64,000 nucleotides of DNA, from contig CAVSDR010000006.1 of NCBI GenBank assembly GCA_963726745.1, positions 128,001 through 192,000 on the forward strand, given 5' to 3'. This document shows positions 10,546-20,263 of this stretch, piece by piece. The position numbers and the translations under genes were made by a program. Positions within the stretch are counted from its first letter, which is position 1. Every line of letters begins with the position of its first letter. The notes beneath the pieces were generated by a model. It had not been told where the DNA came from and ran no database searches. It was given only the letters and a program-made list of their open reading frames with translations. The stretch comes from an uncultured Verrucomicrobiae bacterium. GTDB taxonomy: Bacteria; Verrucomicrobiota; Verrucomicrobiia; Chthoniobacterales; UBA10450.

Positions 10546-10595
10546 GCCGGGAACCTAGCCACGCCTCCGCTGCTTCCTCCACTGCCTTTCGCACT

Positions 10596-12365
10596 TTGAA
10601 AAAATATTTGCTCCTGCTGGCGTTGCTCGTGGCCGCGGTCTACGCGCCCGCGGTGGGAAACGGTTTTGTCTGGGACGACACCGCGCTCATCCTGCGCGAT
10701 CCCTTTATCCGCAGCTGGCGACTGATCCCGGAAGGCTTCGGGCATTTTCTTTTCACCGATGCGACGGCTTCGGATTTTTACCGGCCGATGCAACGGCTGA
10801 GCTACACGCTCGAGTATGCCGCCTTCGGTTTCCGTCCGGCGCCGTATCATGTGATCAATATCCTGCTGCACCTGGCGGCGGCCGGGGCGCTCTTCGCCTT
10901 CGCGCGGGAACTCCTGCGCTCTCTCGGCGCCAGCGAACGCCTCCGCAGCTGGGTGCCGCTGGTCGCGGCCGCGGTCTGGGCCATCCATCCGGTGCAGAGC
11001 GCGGCCGTGGTCTACATCTCTGGGCGGGCCGATGCACTCGCGGCGCTTTTCGGCTTCACCGCGCTCAGCTTTGCACTCGTTAGCCAGCGACTTGAGCGCG
11101 GAAGAAAATGGGGGGCGCTGGCGGGGGCGACGGTGCTTTTTCTGCTCGCGGCCCTGAGCAAGGAAGCCGGGCTGATCTTCCCGGCGCTCTGGCTGATTAT
11201 TCTCGTGGTGGAGCGGAAATGGAGCTGGCCCGTGCTCGCGGTGATTGCCCTGGTCTTCGTCGGTTATCTGAGCCTGCGCGTGCCGGCGGAGCACATCGCG
11301 CCCCCGCCGCGGCCCGCGCTCCCGCTGCTCGTTAGGCCGGTGTTGGCGGCGCGGGCGGTGGCGGAATATGCGGGGCTGCTCGCGTTCCCGCTGCACCTGC
11401 GCATGGAACGCACGGTCGAGACGCAGCCGAGCGGCTTCGGCAACGCAAGCATGACCGGCGCGGCCTGGCGGGAGCTGCAGACGCTCGCCGGGGTGCTCTT
11501 GGTTCTGGCATTTGGCTGGTGGATTTGGCGCGCCCGCACGGGTGATCGCGCTGTCTATTTGTCGCTCCTGCTCACCGTTTGCAGCTATCTCCCGGTCAGC
11601 GGCGTGCTCCCGCTCAACGCCACCGTTGCGGAACATTGGCTTTACCTGCCGAGCGCTTTCCTTTTCCTCGCGATCGGCCTGCGCGTCGCGCGCTTTCGAT
11701 TCGCGGCGCGCTGGCTGGTTCCTGCGCTCGCGCTCTGGATGGCGTTTCTCGGCGGGCGCACTTTCCTGCGCACCTTTGACTGGAAGGACCAGCGCACCTT
11801 CCTCGAGCGCACGCTGGCGCAGGGCGGCGATTCCGCGCGCATGCTGATTAATCTCGCGGGCCTGGAGATGAATGAACACCACTTCGCGGAAGCCAAGGCT
11901 CATCTCCGGCGCGCGCTCGAGAAGGAACCGGAGCAACCGCTCGCGCTGCTCAATCTCGCGGCCGTGGCCTTGAAGGAAAACGATTTCGCCGCGGCTCACC
12001 AATGGCTCGACCGCGCTCTCCCGCTTCCGCAAGTGGAGGCGCAAGCGCAGGAAATGTTGACTGTGCTGGAGCACAAAGAGAACGGGCAGATCGATCTCCG
12101 CCGCCTGCGCCTGGCCGCGCGCACCGGGCCGCCGAACTGGGCGATCGAGCAGCGTTTCGTTAGGTTACTGGCCGAGACCGGCGCGCCGGAGGCCGCGATC
12201 GCCGAGCTCCAGCATTGTCTCGAGAGCCAATGGTATCGCGCAGAAAGCTGGCAATTACTCAGCGAATTGGCGCAGGCCCACGGCCGGGAAGCGCTTGCGG
12301 CCGAAGCCCTGGCCCACGCGCGCGCCTACGATGTCCGCCTCGGCGAAAGCCGCGCGGCCCTCTAA
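10596..12365 (+). CDS. TMTC-like polytopic membrane glycosyltransferase with C-terminal TPRs
   Basis: GFVWDD, FYRP, HPVQSAAV.YISGR, LSKE, AEHWLYLP, then helical TPR-like repeats. Confidence 0.78.
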   Translation: MKKYLLLLALLVAAVYAPAVGNGFVWDDTALILRDPFIRSWRLIPEGFGHFLFTDATASDFYRPMQRLSYTLEYAAFGFRPAPYHVINILLHLAAAGALFAFARELLRSLGASERLRSWVPLVAAAVWAIHPVQSAAVVYISGRADALAALFGFTALSFALVSQRLERGRKWGALAGATVLFLLAALSKEAGLIFPALWLIILVVERKWSWPVLAVIALVFVGYLSLRVPAEHIAPPPRPALPLLVRPVLAARAVAEYAGLLAFPLHLRMERTVETQPSGFGNASMTGAAWRELQTLAGVLLVLAFGWWIWRARTGDRAVYLSLLLTVCSYLPVSGVLPLNATVAEHWLYLPSAFLFLAIGLRVARFRFAARWLVPALALWMAFLGGRTFLRTFDWKDQRTFLERTLAQGGDSARMLINLAGLEMNEHHFAEAKAHLRRALEKEPEQPLALLNLAAVALKENDFAAAHQWLDRALPLPQVEAQAQEMLTVLEHKENGQIDLRRLRLAARTGPPNWAIEQRFVRLLAETGAPEAAIAELQHCLESQWYRAESWQLLSELAQAHGREALAAEALAHARAYDVRLGESRAAL

Positions 12366-12483
12366 ATTTTCGTTCGTTAGGCAAAACCGCGCGCCGATAC
12401 ACGCGCGCTCCTCGCTTTGCCCGAATCAAAAACTGCGGGGACTGAATAAGGTTCCCGGCAATTCGTCAGTTCTTTCCACACTT

Positions 12484-13611
12484 ATGAAAACATCCATCCA
12501 ATTCGGGGCATTCATGGCGGCGGTGGGTCTCGCCTTTGCTTCCGCACACGCACAGACCCAGGCGACCACCAGCACCAGCTCGACCACAGAGTATGTCCAG
12601 AGCAGCAAAATTATCGGCAGCAAGATTCGCGGCTCCGACGGCGCCGAGATCGGCGTGATCAAGGACATCGTCCTCGATCGCCAGACCGGTTGCATGGCGT
12701 ACACCGTCCTCGAAACCGGCGGCGCGGCGAATGTCGCGGCCAGCAGCGGCGGTTCCTCGTCGCGCACTTCCAGCACGACGACCACAACCCGCAAGACCGT
12801 GGCGATGCCTTGGACCGCGGTGACGACCACCAGCGACCCAACGGTCTACACCACCTCGATTCAACGCGAGCGCATCTACAGCGCGCCAGTGGTGGATTAC
12901 AACCACATCGAGCAATACGGCCGCCCGGATTACATCAGCAATGTCTACAGCTACTACGGCGTGCAGCCAGCCGTGGGCGTGAACATCGGCATCTCCGGCA
13001 GCTCCACCCGTGCGAACACGACCACGCAGACCGGCTACGGTGCTTCCACCAACGCGACCGCGCCAGCGACCACCTCGACGCAGACGGGTTACAGCGCCTC
13101 CACGAGCGCGACCGCCAGCCCGGCGGCTTCGATCGCGCCCACCGCTGCACCTTCCGCCACGGCCGCGGCCAGCGCCACGCCGATGACGACCGCAACCCCG
13201 AAGACTGCTGTCACCCCGGCCTCGGCCACGGCGACCCCAGCCGCTTCGGCGCATAGCGCAACGACGCACGCCGCCACCCCGGCCGCGACCGCGACGCCCG
13301 CCACCAGCACCTCGAGCAAGACGAAGACCTCGACCACTGAAAGCGCTGACAAAAAAGCCGACAAGACCAGTGAGACCAAAGCCGCGACCGCGAGCGATGA
13401 ACACGCCACCGGTCACAGCGCGCACAGCAGCAGCGGCAAAGCCGAGAAAGCCACCGAGGACACCGTGAGTGGCACGAAGGCTTCGAAGTCGAGCGACGCG
13501 ACCGAGCCGACGAGCAGCAAGTCCGAGGAAAAGGCGACCAAGAAAGCCAGCAAAGGCAAAACCAGCGACGAACCCGCCAAGCCTGCGACCGACTCCACCC
13601 CGACTCCGTAA
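12484..13611 (+). CDS. Secreted PRC-barrel protein with a long Ser/Thr/Ala-rich low-complexity tail
   Basis: Signal peptide (..SAHA), SKIIGSKIRGSDGAEIGVIKDIVLD..AYTVL..AMPW PRC motif, about 200 aa of S/T/A/P then K/S/T/E. Confidence 0.8.
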   Translation: MKTSIQFGAFMAAVGLAFASAHAQTQATTSTSSTTEYVQSSKIIGSKIRGSDGAEIGVIKDIVLDRQTGCMAYTVLETGGAANVAASSGGSSSRTSSTTTTTRKTVAMPWTAVTTTSDPTVYTTSIQRERIYSAPVVDYNHIEQYGRPDYISNVYSYYGVQPAVGVNIGISGSSTRANTTTQTGYGASTNATAPATTSTQTGYSASTSATASPAASIAPTAAPSATAAASATPMTTATPKTAVTPASATATPAASAHSATTHAATPAATATPATSTSSKTKTSTTESADKKADKTSETKAATASDEHATGHSAHSSSGKAEKATEDTVSGTKASKSSDATEPTSSKSEEKATKKASKGKTSDEPAKPATDSTPTP

Positions 13612-13642
13612 GGAATCGCGGAAGGTCAAAGAAAACTAGTTC

Positions 13643-13682
13643 ACGGCAGGAGTGGCCTCGCGCTGCTCCTGCCGTTTCTTTT
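13643..13682 (+). terminator. Intrinsic terminator after the PRC-barrel gene
   Basis: ACGGCAGGAGTGGC/GCTGCTCCTGCCGT hairpin followed by TTCTTTT. Confidence 0.7.
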
Positions 13683-13689
13683 GCAATCG

Positions 13690-14946
13690 TTAGGCAGCGC
13701 TCTCTGCCTCCACCGCGGCGGTATCCGCCGGGAGGTATTTCACCCCGGCGAGCCAAATCACGCCCGAGAGCAGGAGCATTCCGGAAAGGACCAGGAAGGC
13801 GATGTTCATCGTCGTGTGCCCGCCGATGTAGCCGATCGCGGGAAAGGCGGCCGCGTCGCCTAACAAGTGGATGACTAAAATATTGAAAGCAAAAGCACTC
13901 GCCCGGACGGAGGGGCGGGCCACGTTCGCCAGCGCAGTGTTTGACGGACCGGTGTTCAGAAAAGCGAAGAAGAGGGCGATCGCGATCAAAAACCACGCGA
14001 GCGGAAAGGGCACAAAGAGCGCCGCAACAAAGAACGGGAACGCCAGGATCATTCCCGCACCGGAAACCAAGAAATAGGAGCCGGGATAACGCGCCCGCAT
14101 CCGGTCAGCCAGCCAGCCGCCAAGGAGGGTCGAACCCAGGCCGGCGACCACCAGGATCATCCCGAAGTAGGCCTTCTCGGTATCCGGCCGCCCGCGATAG
14201 CGCAGGTAGGCCGCGAGCCAAAAACCGAGCCCGCCGAGGGCGAAAGTGAACGCCGTCTGGGCGGCGCAATTGATCACATAGGAAGGCGTGCGCAGCAGCT
14301 GGCGGTATTGCGGCCAGCCGGCTCTCGCGCCTGCCGGGCGCGCACCTGCGAGCGTGCGCGGATCGCGCTGCCAAAAACAAATCAGCCCCAGCAAAATTCC
14401 CGGCGGCATGACCAGGTAAAACGCCCAGCGCCAGCCCCAATAGCCGGCGACCAGGCCGCCGATGACGTAGCCCAGCGCGCTTCCCACCGGAATTGCCGCG
14501 CAGAAAATCGCCAGGATGCGGCCGCGTTTCTCGATCGGGAAAAGGTCGGCTAAAATCGTGGGCGCGGCCGGCCCGTAGCCGCCTTCGCCGATGCCGACAA
14601 GCACGCGCGTGAAGAGCAAGATGCCGAAGGTCGCGGCCAGGCCCGACCCGCCGCTGGCCAGGCTCCAGAGAAGGACCGCGAGGCCGATGATGAGCCAGCG
14701 CGAGAAGCGATCCGCGAGCCAGCCGAGGGCCGGCGCGGAGAGCATGTAGGTGACGAGGAATGCGGTGCCGAGAAGGCCGGTGGTGGCCATCGCGTTCGGG
14801 TCGTTAGGCAGGAAAAAAGTATCGCGAATCTCCGGTTCGACCGCGGCCAGGACCTGGCGGTCGATGTAGTTGAAAAGATTGATCGCGAGGAGCAATCCGA
14901 GGGCGACACCCGCGCCCGGTTTGCGCTCTGAGGGTGCGCCCGTCAT
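13690..14946 (-). CDS. MFS transporter, Spinster-like
   Basis: INLFNYIDRQVL, GWLADRFSR, RVLVGIGEGGY..APTILADLFP..RG, IHLLGDA; about 12 TM segments. Confidence 0.85.
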   Translation of the reverse strand: MTGAPSERKPGAGVALGLLLAINLFNYIDRQVLAAVEPEIRDTFFLPNDPNAMATTGLLGTAFLVTYMLSAPALGWLADRFSRWLIIGLAVLLWSLASGGSGLAATFGILLFTRVLVGIGEGGYGPAAPTILADLFPIEKRGRILAIFCAAIPVGSALGYVIGGLVAGYWGWRWAFYLVMPPGILLGLICFWQRDPRTLAGARPAGARAGWPQYRQLLRTPSYVINCAAQTAFTFALGGLGFWLAAYLRYRGRPDTEKAYFGMILVVAGLGSTLLGGWLADRMRARYPGSYFLVSGAGMILAFPFFVAALFVPFPLAWFLIAIALFFAFLNTGPSNTALANVARPSVRASAFAFNILVIHLLGDAAAFPAIGYIGGHTTMNIAFLVLSGMLLLSGVIWLAGVKYLPADTAAVEAESAA

Positions 14947-14995
14947 GGAATTGCCGATTGCAGAGGTCAACGCCGCGAATGTAAACCATAAACCA

Positions 14996-17197
14996 ATGCC
15001 GCAACTTTCCCTGGCCGAACGCGCGCTCCTTTTCGTCGGCACCACCCTGGCGCGGGTGGTCTACCGCGTGCGCAGCCTTGGCCAGGAGAGCTTGCCCGCG
15101 GGCGGTTTTCTCCTGCTGCCGAATCACATCACCTGGGTCGACGCGATCGTGCTCCAGCTCGCGCTCCCGCGCCGCATTCGCTTCATCGTCGACGAAAGCT
15201 TTTATCGAAATCGCTGGCTGCACCCGATCTTGAAAACCGCCGGTTGCATCCCGATCACTGCGCGCCGGGCGAAGGATGCGATGCGGGAAGCGGCGGAAAG
15301 CATTCGCGCGGGCGAGATCGTGTGCGTTTTCCCCGAAGGCCAACTCTCGCGCTCGGGCACGCTCCTGCGCTTGCGGCGCGGCTATGAATTAATCGCGCGC
15401 CAGGCGGAGGCGCCGGTGGTGCCGGTGTGGCTGGACGATCTCTGGGGCTCGATCTTCTCCTTTCAGGGTGGGCGTTATTTTACCAAGTGGCCGCGCCATT
15501 TTCCCTACCGCGTGGTGATTGCGTTCGGCCGCCCACTCAGCCCGGAGGAAGCGGACATCGCGACCGTGCGCGAGGAATTGCTCAAGCTCGGCGAGCTCAG
15601 CTACAGCCGGCGGCCGGTCTTGCAGGAACATCTCGCGCGCGCCGCGCTCCGCGGGCTCAAGCGGCAGCCTTTCCGCACGGCGATCATCGACGGGATGGAT
15701 CACAGCACGATCTCGCGCGGAAAAATCCTCGGCGTGGCCACGGCGCTCTCGCGCCATCTGCGGCGCGACTGCCCGGAGCGACGCGTGGGCGTGGTTTTGC
15801 CGCCGGGAAAAGGCGGCGTGATCGCGAATGTCGCGATCGTGCTCGCGGGGAAGATTCCGGTGAATCTCAACTTCACCGGCAGCCGCGAAGCGATCGTTTC
15901 CGCGCAGGAGCAGGCCGGTTTGCGCACGATCATTTCCGCGCAAGCGGTCGCAAAAAAGCTGCCGGAATTTCCCTGGACGCCGAATGTGATCCAGCTCGAG
16001 CAACTCCTGCCGTCGATGAAGCCGGCGATCATTTGCTGGTGGCTGCTCACGCTGGTTTTGCCGACGAGATTGCTCGCCGCGCTCCTGCATTTGCCGAAGG
16101 TCGGCGACCGCACGGAAGCGCTTTTGCTCTTCACCAGCGGCAGCTCCGGCGCGCCCAAAGGCGTGCCGCTGACGCATCGCAACATCCTTGGGAACGTCTC
16201 GCAATTCACCGTCCTGCTCGACCTCCGGCCGGACGAAGTGGTCCTCGCGTCGCTCCCGTTTTTCCACACCTTCGGCTGCACGGTCACGCTCTGGTTTCCG
16301 GTGATCGAGGGGATCCGCATCGTGACTTATCCGAGCCCGCTGGAAGCGGCGAAAAACGCCGCCTTGATCGAGCGCTACGGCGTCACCGTGATGTTCGCCA
16401 CGCCCACGTTCCTGCGCGCGTATTTGCGCAAGGCCGAGCCGGCTCAACTCCAGAGCCTGCGCCTCGTGATCACCGGCGCGGAGAAGTTGCCGGCTGATTT
16501 GGCCAAGACCTTCGAGGAACGCTTCGGCAAACCCGTCTTCGAAGGCTACGGGCTGACCGAGACCTCGCCGGTAATCAGCGTGAACCTGCCCGACCCGATC
16601 CCGAAAGTCCCGGGCGAATCGGTGCAGCCGTCGCATCGCCTCGGCTCCACCGGAAAGATGGCGCCCGGCATTGCCGCGGAAATCCGCGATCCGGAGACGG
16701 ACGCGAAGCTCGCGCTGCACGAAACCGGCATGCTCTGGGTGCGCGGGCCGAATATTTTCGAAGGTTACCTGGACGCCCCCGAGCGCTCCGCCGAAGTGCT
16801 CCGTGACGGCTGGTTCAAGACCGGCGACCTCGGGCACATCGACGAGGACGGCTTTCTCCACATCAGCGGACGGCTCTCTCGTTTCTCGAAAATAGGCGGC
16901 GAGATGGTGCCGCATGAATTGGTCGAGCAAAAGATCCTGCAGGCGCTGAAAATGGACGACAGCGAGCGCGTGCTCGCGGTCATGGGGGTGCCCGATGAAA
17001 CCAAGGGCGAAGCGCTGGTCCTGCTCACGAGCACGCCGATTGATCCGCAGGAATTACGCAGCGCCTTGCGCGCGGCCGAGGTGCCGAATCTCTGGGTGCC
17101 GCGCACGATCCGGCAGGTCGAGGCCATCCCGGTGCTGGCTTCCGGCAAGCTCGATCTCGGGCAATGCAAAGAACTAGCGGCGACCGCCGTCGCGTAG
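14996..17197 (+). CDS. aas: Bifunctional lysophospholipid acyltransferase / acyl-ACP synthetase (Aas-like)
   Basis: PNHITWVD and FPEG (PlsC domain), then FTSGSSGAPKG, EGYGLTE, WFKTGDLG (adenylation domain). Confidence 0.88.
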   Translation: MPQLSLAERALLFVGTTLARVVYRVRSLGQESLPAGGFLLLPNHITWVDAIVLQLALPRRIRFIVDESFYRNRWLHPILKTAGCIPITARRAKDAMREAAESIRAGEIVCVFPEGQLSRSGTLLRLRRGYELIARQAEAPVVPVWLDDLWGSIFSFQGGRYFTKWPRHFPYRVVIAFGRPLSPEEADIATVREELLKLGELSYSRRPVLQEHLARAALRGLKRQPFRTAIIDGMDHSTISRGKILGVATALSRHLRRDCPERRVGVVLPPGKGGVIANVAIVLAGKIPVNLNFTGSREAIVSAQEQAGLRTIISAQAVAKKLPEFPWTPNVIQLEQLLPSMKPAIICWWLLTLVLPTRLLAALLHLPKVGDRTEALLLFTSGSSGAPKGVPLTHRNILGNVSQFTVLLDLRPDEVVLASLPFFHTFGCTVTLWFPVIEGIRIVTYPSPLEAAKNAALIERYGVTVMFATPTFLRAYLRKAEPAQLQSLRLVITGAEKLPADLAKTFEERFGKPVFEGYGLTETSPVISVNLPDPIPKVPGESVQPSHRLGSTGKMAPGIAAEIRDPETDAKLALHETGMLWVRGPNIFEGYLDAPERSAEVLRDGWFKTGDLGHIDEDGFLHISGRLSRFSKIGGEMVPHELVEQKILQALKMDDSERVLAVMGVPDETKGEALVLLTSTPIDPQELRSALRAAEVPNLWVPRTIRQVEAIPVLASGKLDLGQCKELAATAVA

Positions 17198-17641
17198 CGG
17201 ACGCCGCGGCACGAGCGCATTTGCGGTGTAGCTAAGCACGACTTCGCCGCGCTGGTTCGTGGCCACATTGCGCAGGCGCACAATTCCGTGGCCGGGCTTC
17301 GAACGCGAGGGGCGCAGCTCCAGGATTTCCGTTTCCAAGCGCAAGGTGTCGTTAGGCCGGACTGCGCGTGGCCAGCGCAACTCGTCCACGCCCAAGCCAA
17401 TCGCACCGCCCTCAAACTGGAGCGGGCCGGTGGTGAAAAGTCGCATCGCAATCGCCGCGGTGTGCCAGCCGCTCGCGGCCAGCCCGCCAAAGACGCTCGC
17501 CTCCGCGGCCGCATGCTCGAGATGAAACGCCTGCACATCGAACTCGCGCGCGAAGGCCACGATCGCCTCCTCGGTGACGCAATAGCCAGCGCTTTGGTAG
17601 CGTTGCCCGACAGCGAGGTCATCGAAGTAGAGTGCGCTCAT
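17174..17641 (-). CDS. MaoC family dehydratase
   Basis: [40 protein letters not shown]. Confidence 0.88.
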   Translation of the reverse strand: MSALYFDDLAVGQRYQSAGYCVTEEAIVAFAREFDVQAFHLEHAAAEASVFGGLAASGWHTAAIAMRLFTTGPLQFEGGAIGLGVDELRWPRAVRPNDTLRLETEILELRPSRSKPGHGIVRLRNVATNQRGEVVLSYTANALVPRRPLRDGGRR

Positions 17642-17659
17642 GGGGGGCAACAGAAAAGC

Positions 17660-17734
17660 TGGTGCCAGGGGGGAGAGTTGAACTCCCGACCAAGGGCTTA
17701 TGAGTCCCCTGCTCTACCACTGAGCTACCCTGGC
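17660..17734 (-). tRNA. tRNA with CAT anticodon (elongator Met or lysidine-Ile2), CCA encoded
   Basis: Reverse complement reads GCCAGGG TAGCTCAGTGGTAGAGC..CTCATAA..GTTCAACT..CCCTGGC ACCA; a paired G1-C72 argues against the initiator tRNA. Confidence 0.93.
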
Positions 17735-17771
17735 GGCGCGGCGTGAAAAGTGGACGCCCGCAACCGTCGTG

Positions 17772-18584
17772 TCAACGACCGGCGGCGCTCGCCGCAGGGG
17801 AAGTTTTGGCCGCCGCGAGGTAGGGCGCGAGCTCGCGTTCCGACCCGCGGAGCGCAGCCATGAAACAGACGCCATCCTTTACTCGCACCGCCCCGGTCCA
17901 GCCCTCGTGCTCGACGTAGCGCCAGCCGCTCCATTCGCGCGGCTGCGCCTTTTTCGGATCGCGCTCCGCCGGGAACAGGAAGAACTGCAGACGCTTTTCC
18001 GGGACCGCGATCTGGGCCACGCGATGTCCGTCTTCATCGTCAAACACGCGCGCGGCCGCAGCCCGCAGGCCCGCAAACTCAGGCGGCACATCGTAGTGCT
18101 CCAGCCGGTGCTTCATGAAAAAGAGATCGCCCAATGCGCCCGCTTCCGTGGCCACCGGATCGAGCTGCGCTGTGCGCGTGGCGCTGGCGATCATGAGCAA
18201 CTTGCGCGCGGTCACAGAGCCGGGGAATTCCTGCATTCGCTCCATGACGATGAAGACGACCACGCCCGCGATCACCGCCATCGCGAGGGCGATCGAGATC
18301 ACCGCCGGGTTGCGGACAAACTTCCGCCAGGTGCGTCTGCTTTGCGGGATGAGCTTTTCGTTGCGGAACCATTCCTCGATCTCGCTCGAGACCGGCGTCG
18401 TCTGCACCAGCTGCGCCACCGCCTGGTCGAACTGCTGCTGGCGCGCGAACTCTGCGGAAATTTTCGAGCTCCGCCGCGCGCGCAAGACGGCCACGCGCAT
18501 CCGGCGATCGACGCCCGGCTTTTCCGTGATCGGGGCGAACCGCGCGAGCGCCTTCTCGCGCCCGGAGATGCGAAAAATGCTCAT
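17772..18584 (-). CDS. Single-pass membrane protein, putative anti-sigma factor
   Basis: One TM helix (AVISIALAMAVIAGVVVFIV); ATG overlaps the stop of the upstream sigma-like gene. Confidence 0.6.
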   Translation of the reverse strand: MSIFRISGREKALARFAPITEKPGVDRRMRVAVLRARRSSKISAEFARQQQFDQAVAQLVQTTPVSSEIEEWFRNEKLIPQSRRTWRKFVRNPAVISIALAMAVIAGVVVFIVMERMQEFPGSVTARKLLMIASATRTAQLDPVATEAGALGDLFFMKHRLEHYDVPPEFAGLRAAAARVFDDEDGHRVAQIAVPEKRLQFFLFPAERDPKKAQPREWSGWRYVEHEGWTGAVRVKDGVCFMAALRGSERELAPYLAAAKTSPAASAAGR

Positions 18585-19087
18585 TCCTCGTAGACGTCCA
18601 CCGGCGTGGTCGCATTCAGCCAGGCCTGGAATTGCCGGCGCGCGTGCGCCAGTGCGCGGGAAACTTCCGTCGGCTTCAGGTCGAGGAGCGTGAGCAAATC
18701 CCGCGGGGTAAACTCATCCAGGTAATAGGCCGCAAGCACGCTCCGCTGCGGCTCCGGCGCGGCTGAGATCCAGATGGCTAATTGCTCCGCGGTGAGCTGG
18801 CCGATTTGCGCCGCAGCATGGGTGCCGACGTTCTCTTCCTCGAGGTGACCCTCCTCCGCCTGCAACCCCTGCTCGGCGAGCTCGAGGCAGCGATAGCGCG
18901 CATCGCGAAAGAACCAAAGCCGATCGGCGGGCGGCTCGTTGTGCGCCGCGCGCAGAGCGGCCTCCCGCAAGGTCGCCTGGAAAGCTTCCTGTGCCTTGCT
19001 CGCATCCCCCGTCATGAGAAAACAAAAGCGGTAGAGCTGCGGGAGATTCTGGTTCGTTTCGAGCACGCCGATTTTTTCCGCCCGCAT
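18581..19087 (-). CDS. ECF-type RNA polymerase sigma factor (divergent)
   Basis: LYRFCFLMTGDASKAQEAFQ (region 2-like); PEPQRSVL..VSRALAHARRQ (region 4-like). Confidence 0.7.
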   Translation of the reverse strand: MRAEKIGVLETNQNLPQLYRFCFLMTGDASKAQEAFQATLREAALRAAHNEPPADRLWFFRDARYRCLELAEQGLQAEEGHLEEENVGTHAAAQIGQLTAEQLAIWISAAPEPQRSVLAAYYLDEFTPRDLLTLLDLKPTEVSRALAHARRQFQAWLNATTPVDVYEE

Positions 19088-19223
19088 GTTACGCGCCGCA
19101 TCAGCGCGACAAGGGCAGGATGCAGTTGACGCACAAAGCGCACCCTGCCCCGGGGACAAGGTGCGCTCCGCGAATTCTTTTCCCGCGACAGCCATCGACC
19201 GTGCGCGACGCGTCTCCGGTCGC

Positions 19224-20140
19224 CTATTGCTTGCCGGTGGTGGTCGTGAACGCCCCCGCGAGTGGGATTGCCCATCAAGGAATTTCCCTGGAACGAATCA
19301 ATCGTGCCGCCGTTTTGCGACAACCCGGTGAGGTTTTGCGCGATCACGCTGTCGGAGACGCGCAGCGCGGAACTGGCACTCGCCTGCAGGCCAAAGACGG
19401 AATAGGAGACGAAAACGTGATCGAGATTGAGCAGCGAGTTATTGCCGCTTGTCTTGATGCAGGTGGAGGTGTGAGTGACCACGGAGTTGGTCACGCCACC
19501 GCGCACGTTGGCAACGGCGTCGATCCCATCCTGCCCGCAGTTCATGATGCGGGTCCGATCGATCGTGGCCACCACTTGCCCGGAAGTGGTCGTCATGTGG
19601 ATGCCGTCTTCGGTGATGTCCTCGATCACCGAATCAATCACTTTGAGGTTACCGTTGGCACCGAGGGCCACGTCGATGCCCCGAGATAGCTGGAACCGCT
19701 CTGAAGCTGTGGATCCAGCAGTGCTCGACCATGAGGGTGCCGCCGGCGAGGAAGCGGATTCCGTTGAGTCCCGTGCCGACGCCATTGATCGAAATGTCGC
19801 GCAGGATCACGGTGTCGTTCGGCGCCAGCGTTGACGATCACGCCGTTGGTTCCGGCCGCGAGGATGCCTGAAACCACGCCACTGCCATTAATGGTAATGG
19901 ACTTTGGTGATGGTCACGGCGCCGAACCCGCCCGGATCGAGCACGGAGATTTCTCCCCCGGCGGCCGTCTTGGAGATGGCGCCGGCGAAGGTTTTGCACG
20001 GAGCGGTGCGGCTGCAAGGGTTGGCGTCGTCGCCGACTCCAGAAACCCAGGTGCGCGTAGCCTGGGCGTGAGCCGCCGTAGAGAAAGCGAACGCGAGGGT
20101 CGCGGTCGCGAGGATTTTTTTGAAGGCTGGATGATTTCAT
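19224..20140 (-). CDS. Secreted right-handed parallel beta-helix protein (several frameshifts)
   Basis: Joining frames gives a signal peptide then AQATRTWVSGVGDDANPCSRTAPCKTFAGAISKTAAGGEISVLDPGGFG..GILAAGTNGVIVNAG and PbH-like repeats. Confidence 0.75.
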
Positions 20141-20263
20141 AGATGTTTTTGTTGCGGATTGCTGCTGGGAAACAAGATTACCGCCAATCGATTTTCCGCG
20201 GTATTTAATTCTTCCGGGTCGGCGAGTTGCCGGTGCCTGATCCCGGCGCGCTAAGGAAATTCG

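Noticed and set aside
12960..13611. Repetitive-looking DNA in the PRC-barrel gene
   Set aside because: Explained by low-complexity Ala/Thr/Ser coding with one short internal duplication (TQTGY), not a nucleotide repeat array.
17660..17734. tRNA as an integration site for an island or prophage
   Set aside because: No integrase nearby, and I found no duplicated tRNA 3' end; the flanking genes are ordinary.
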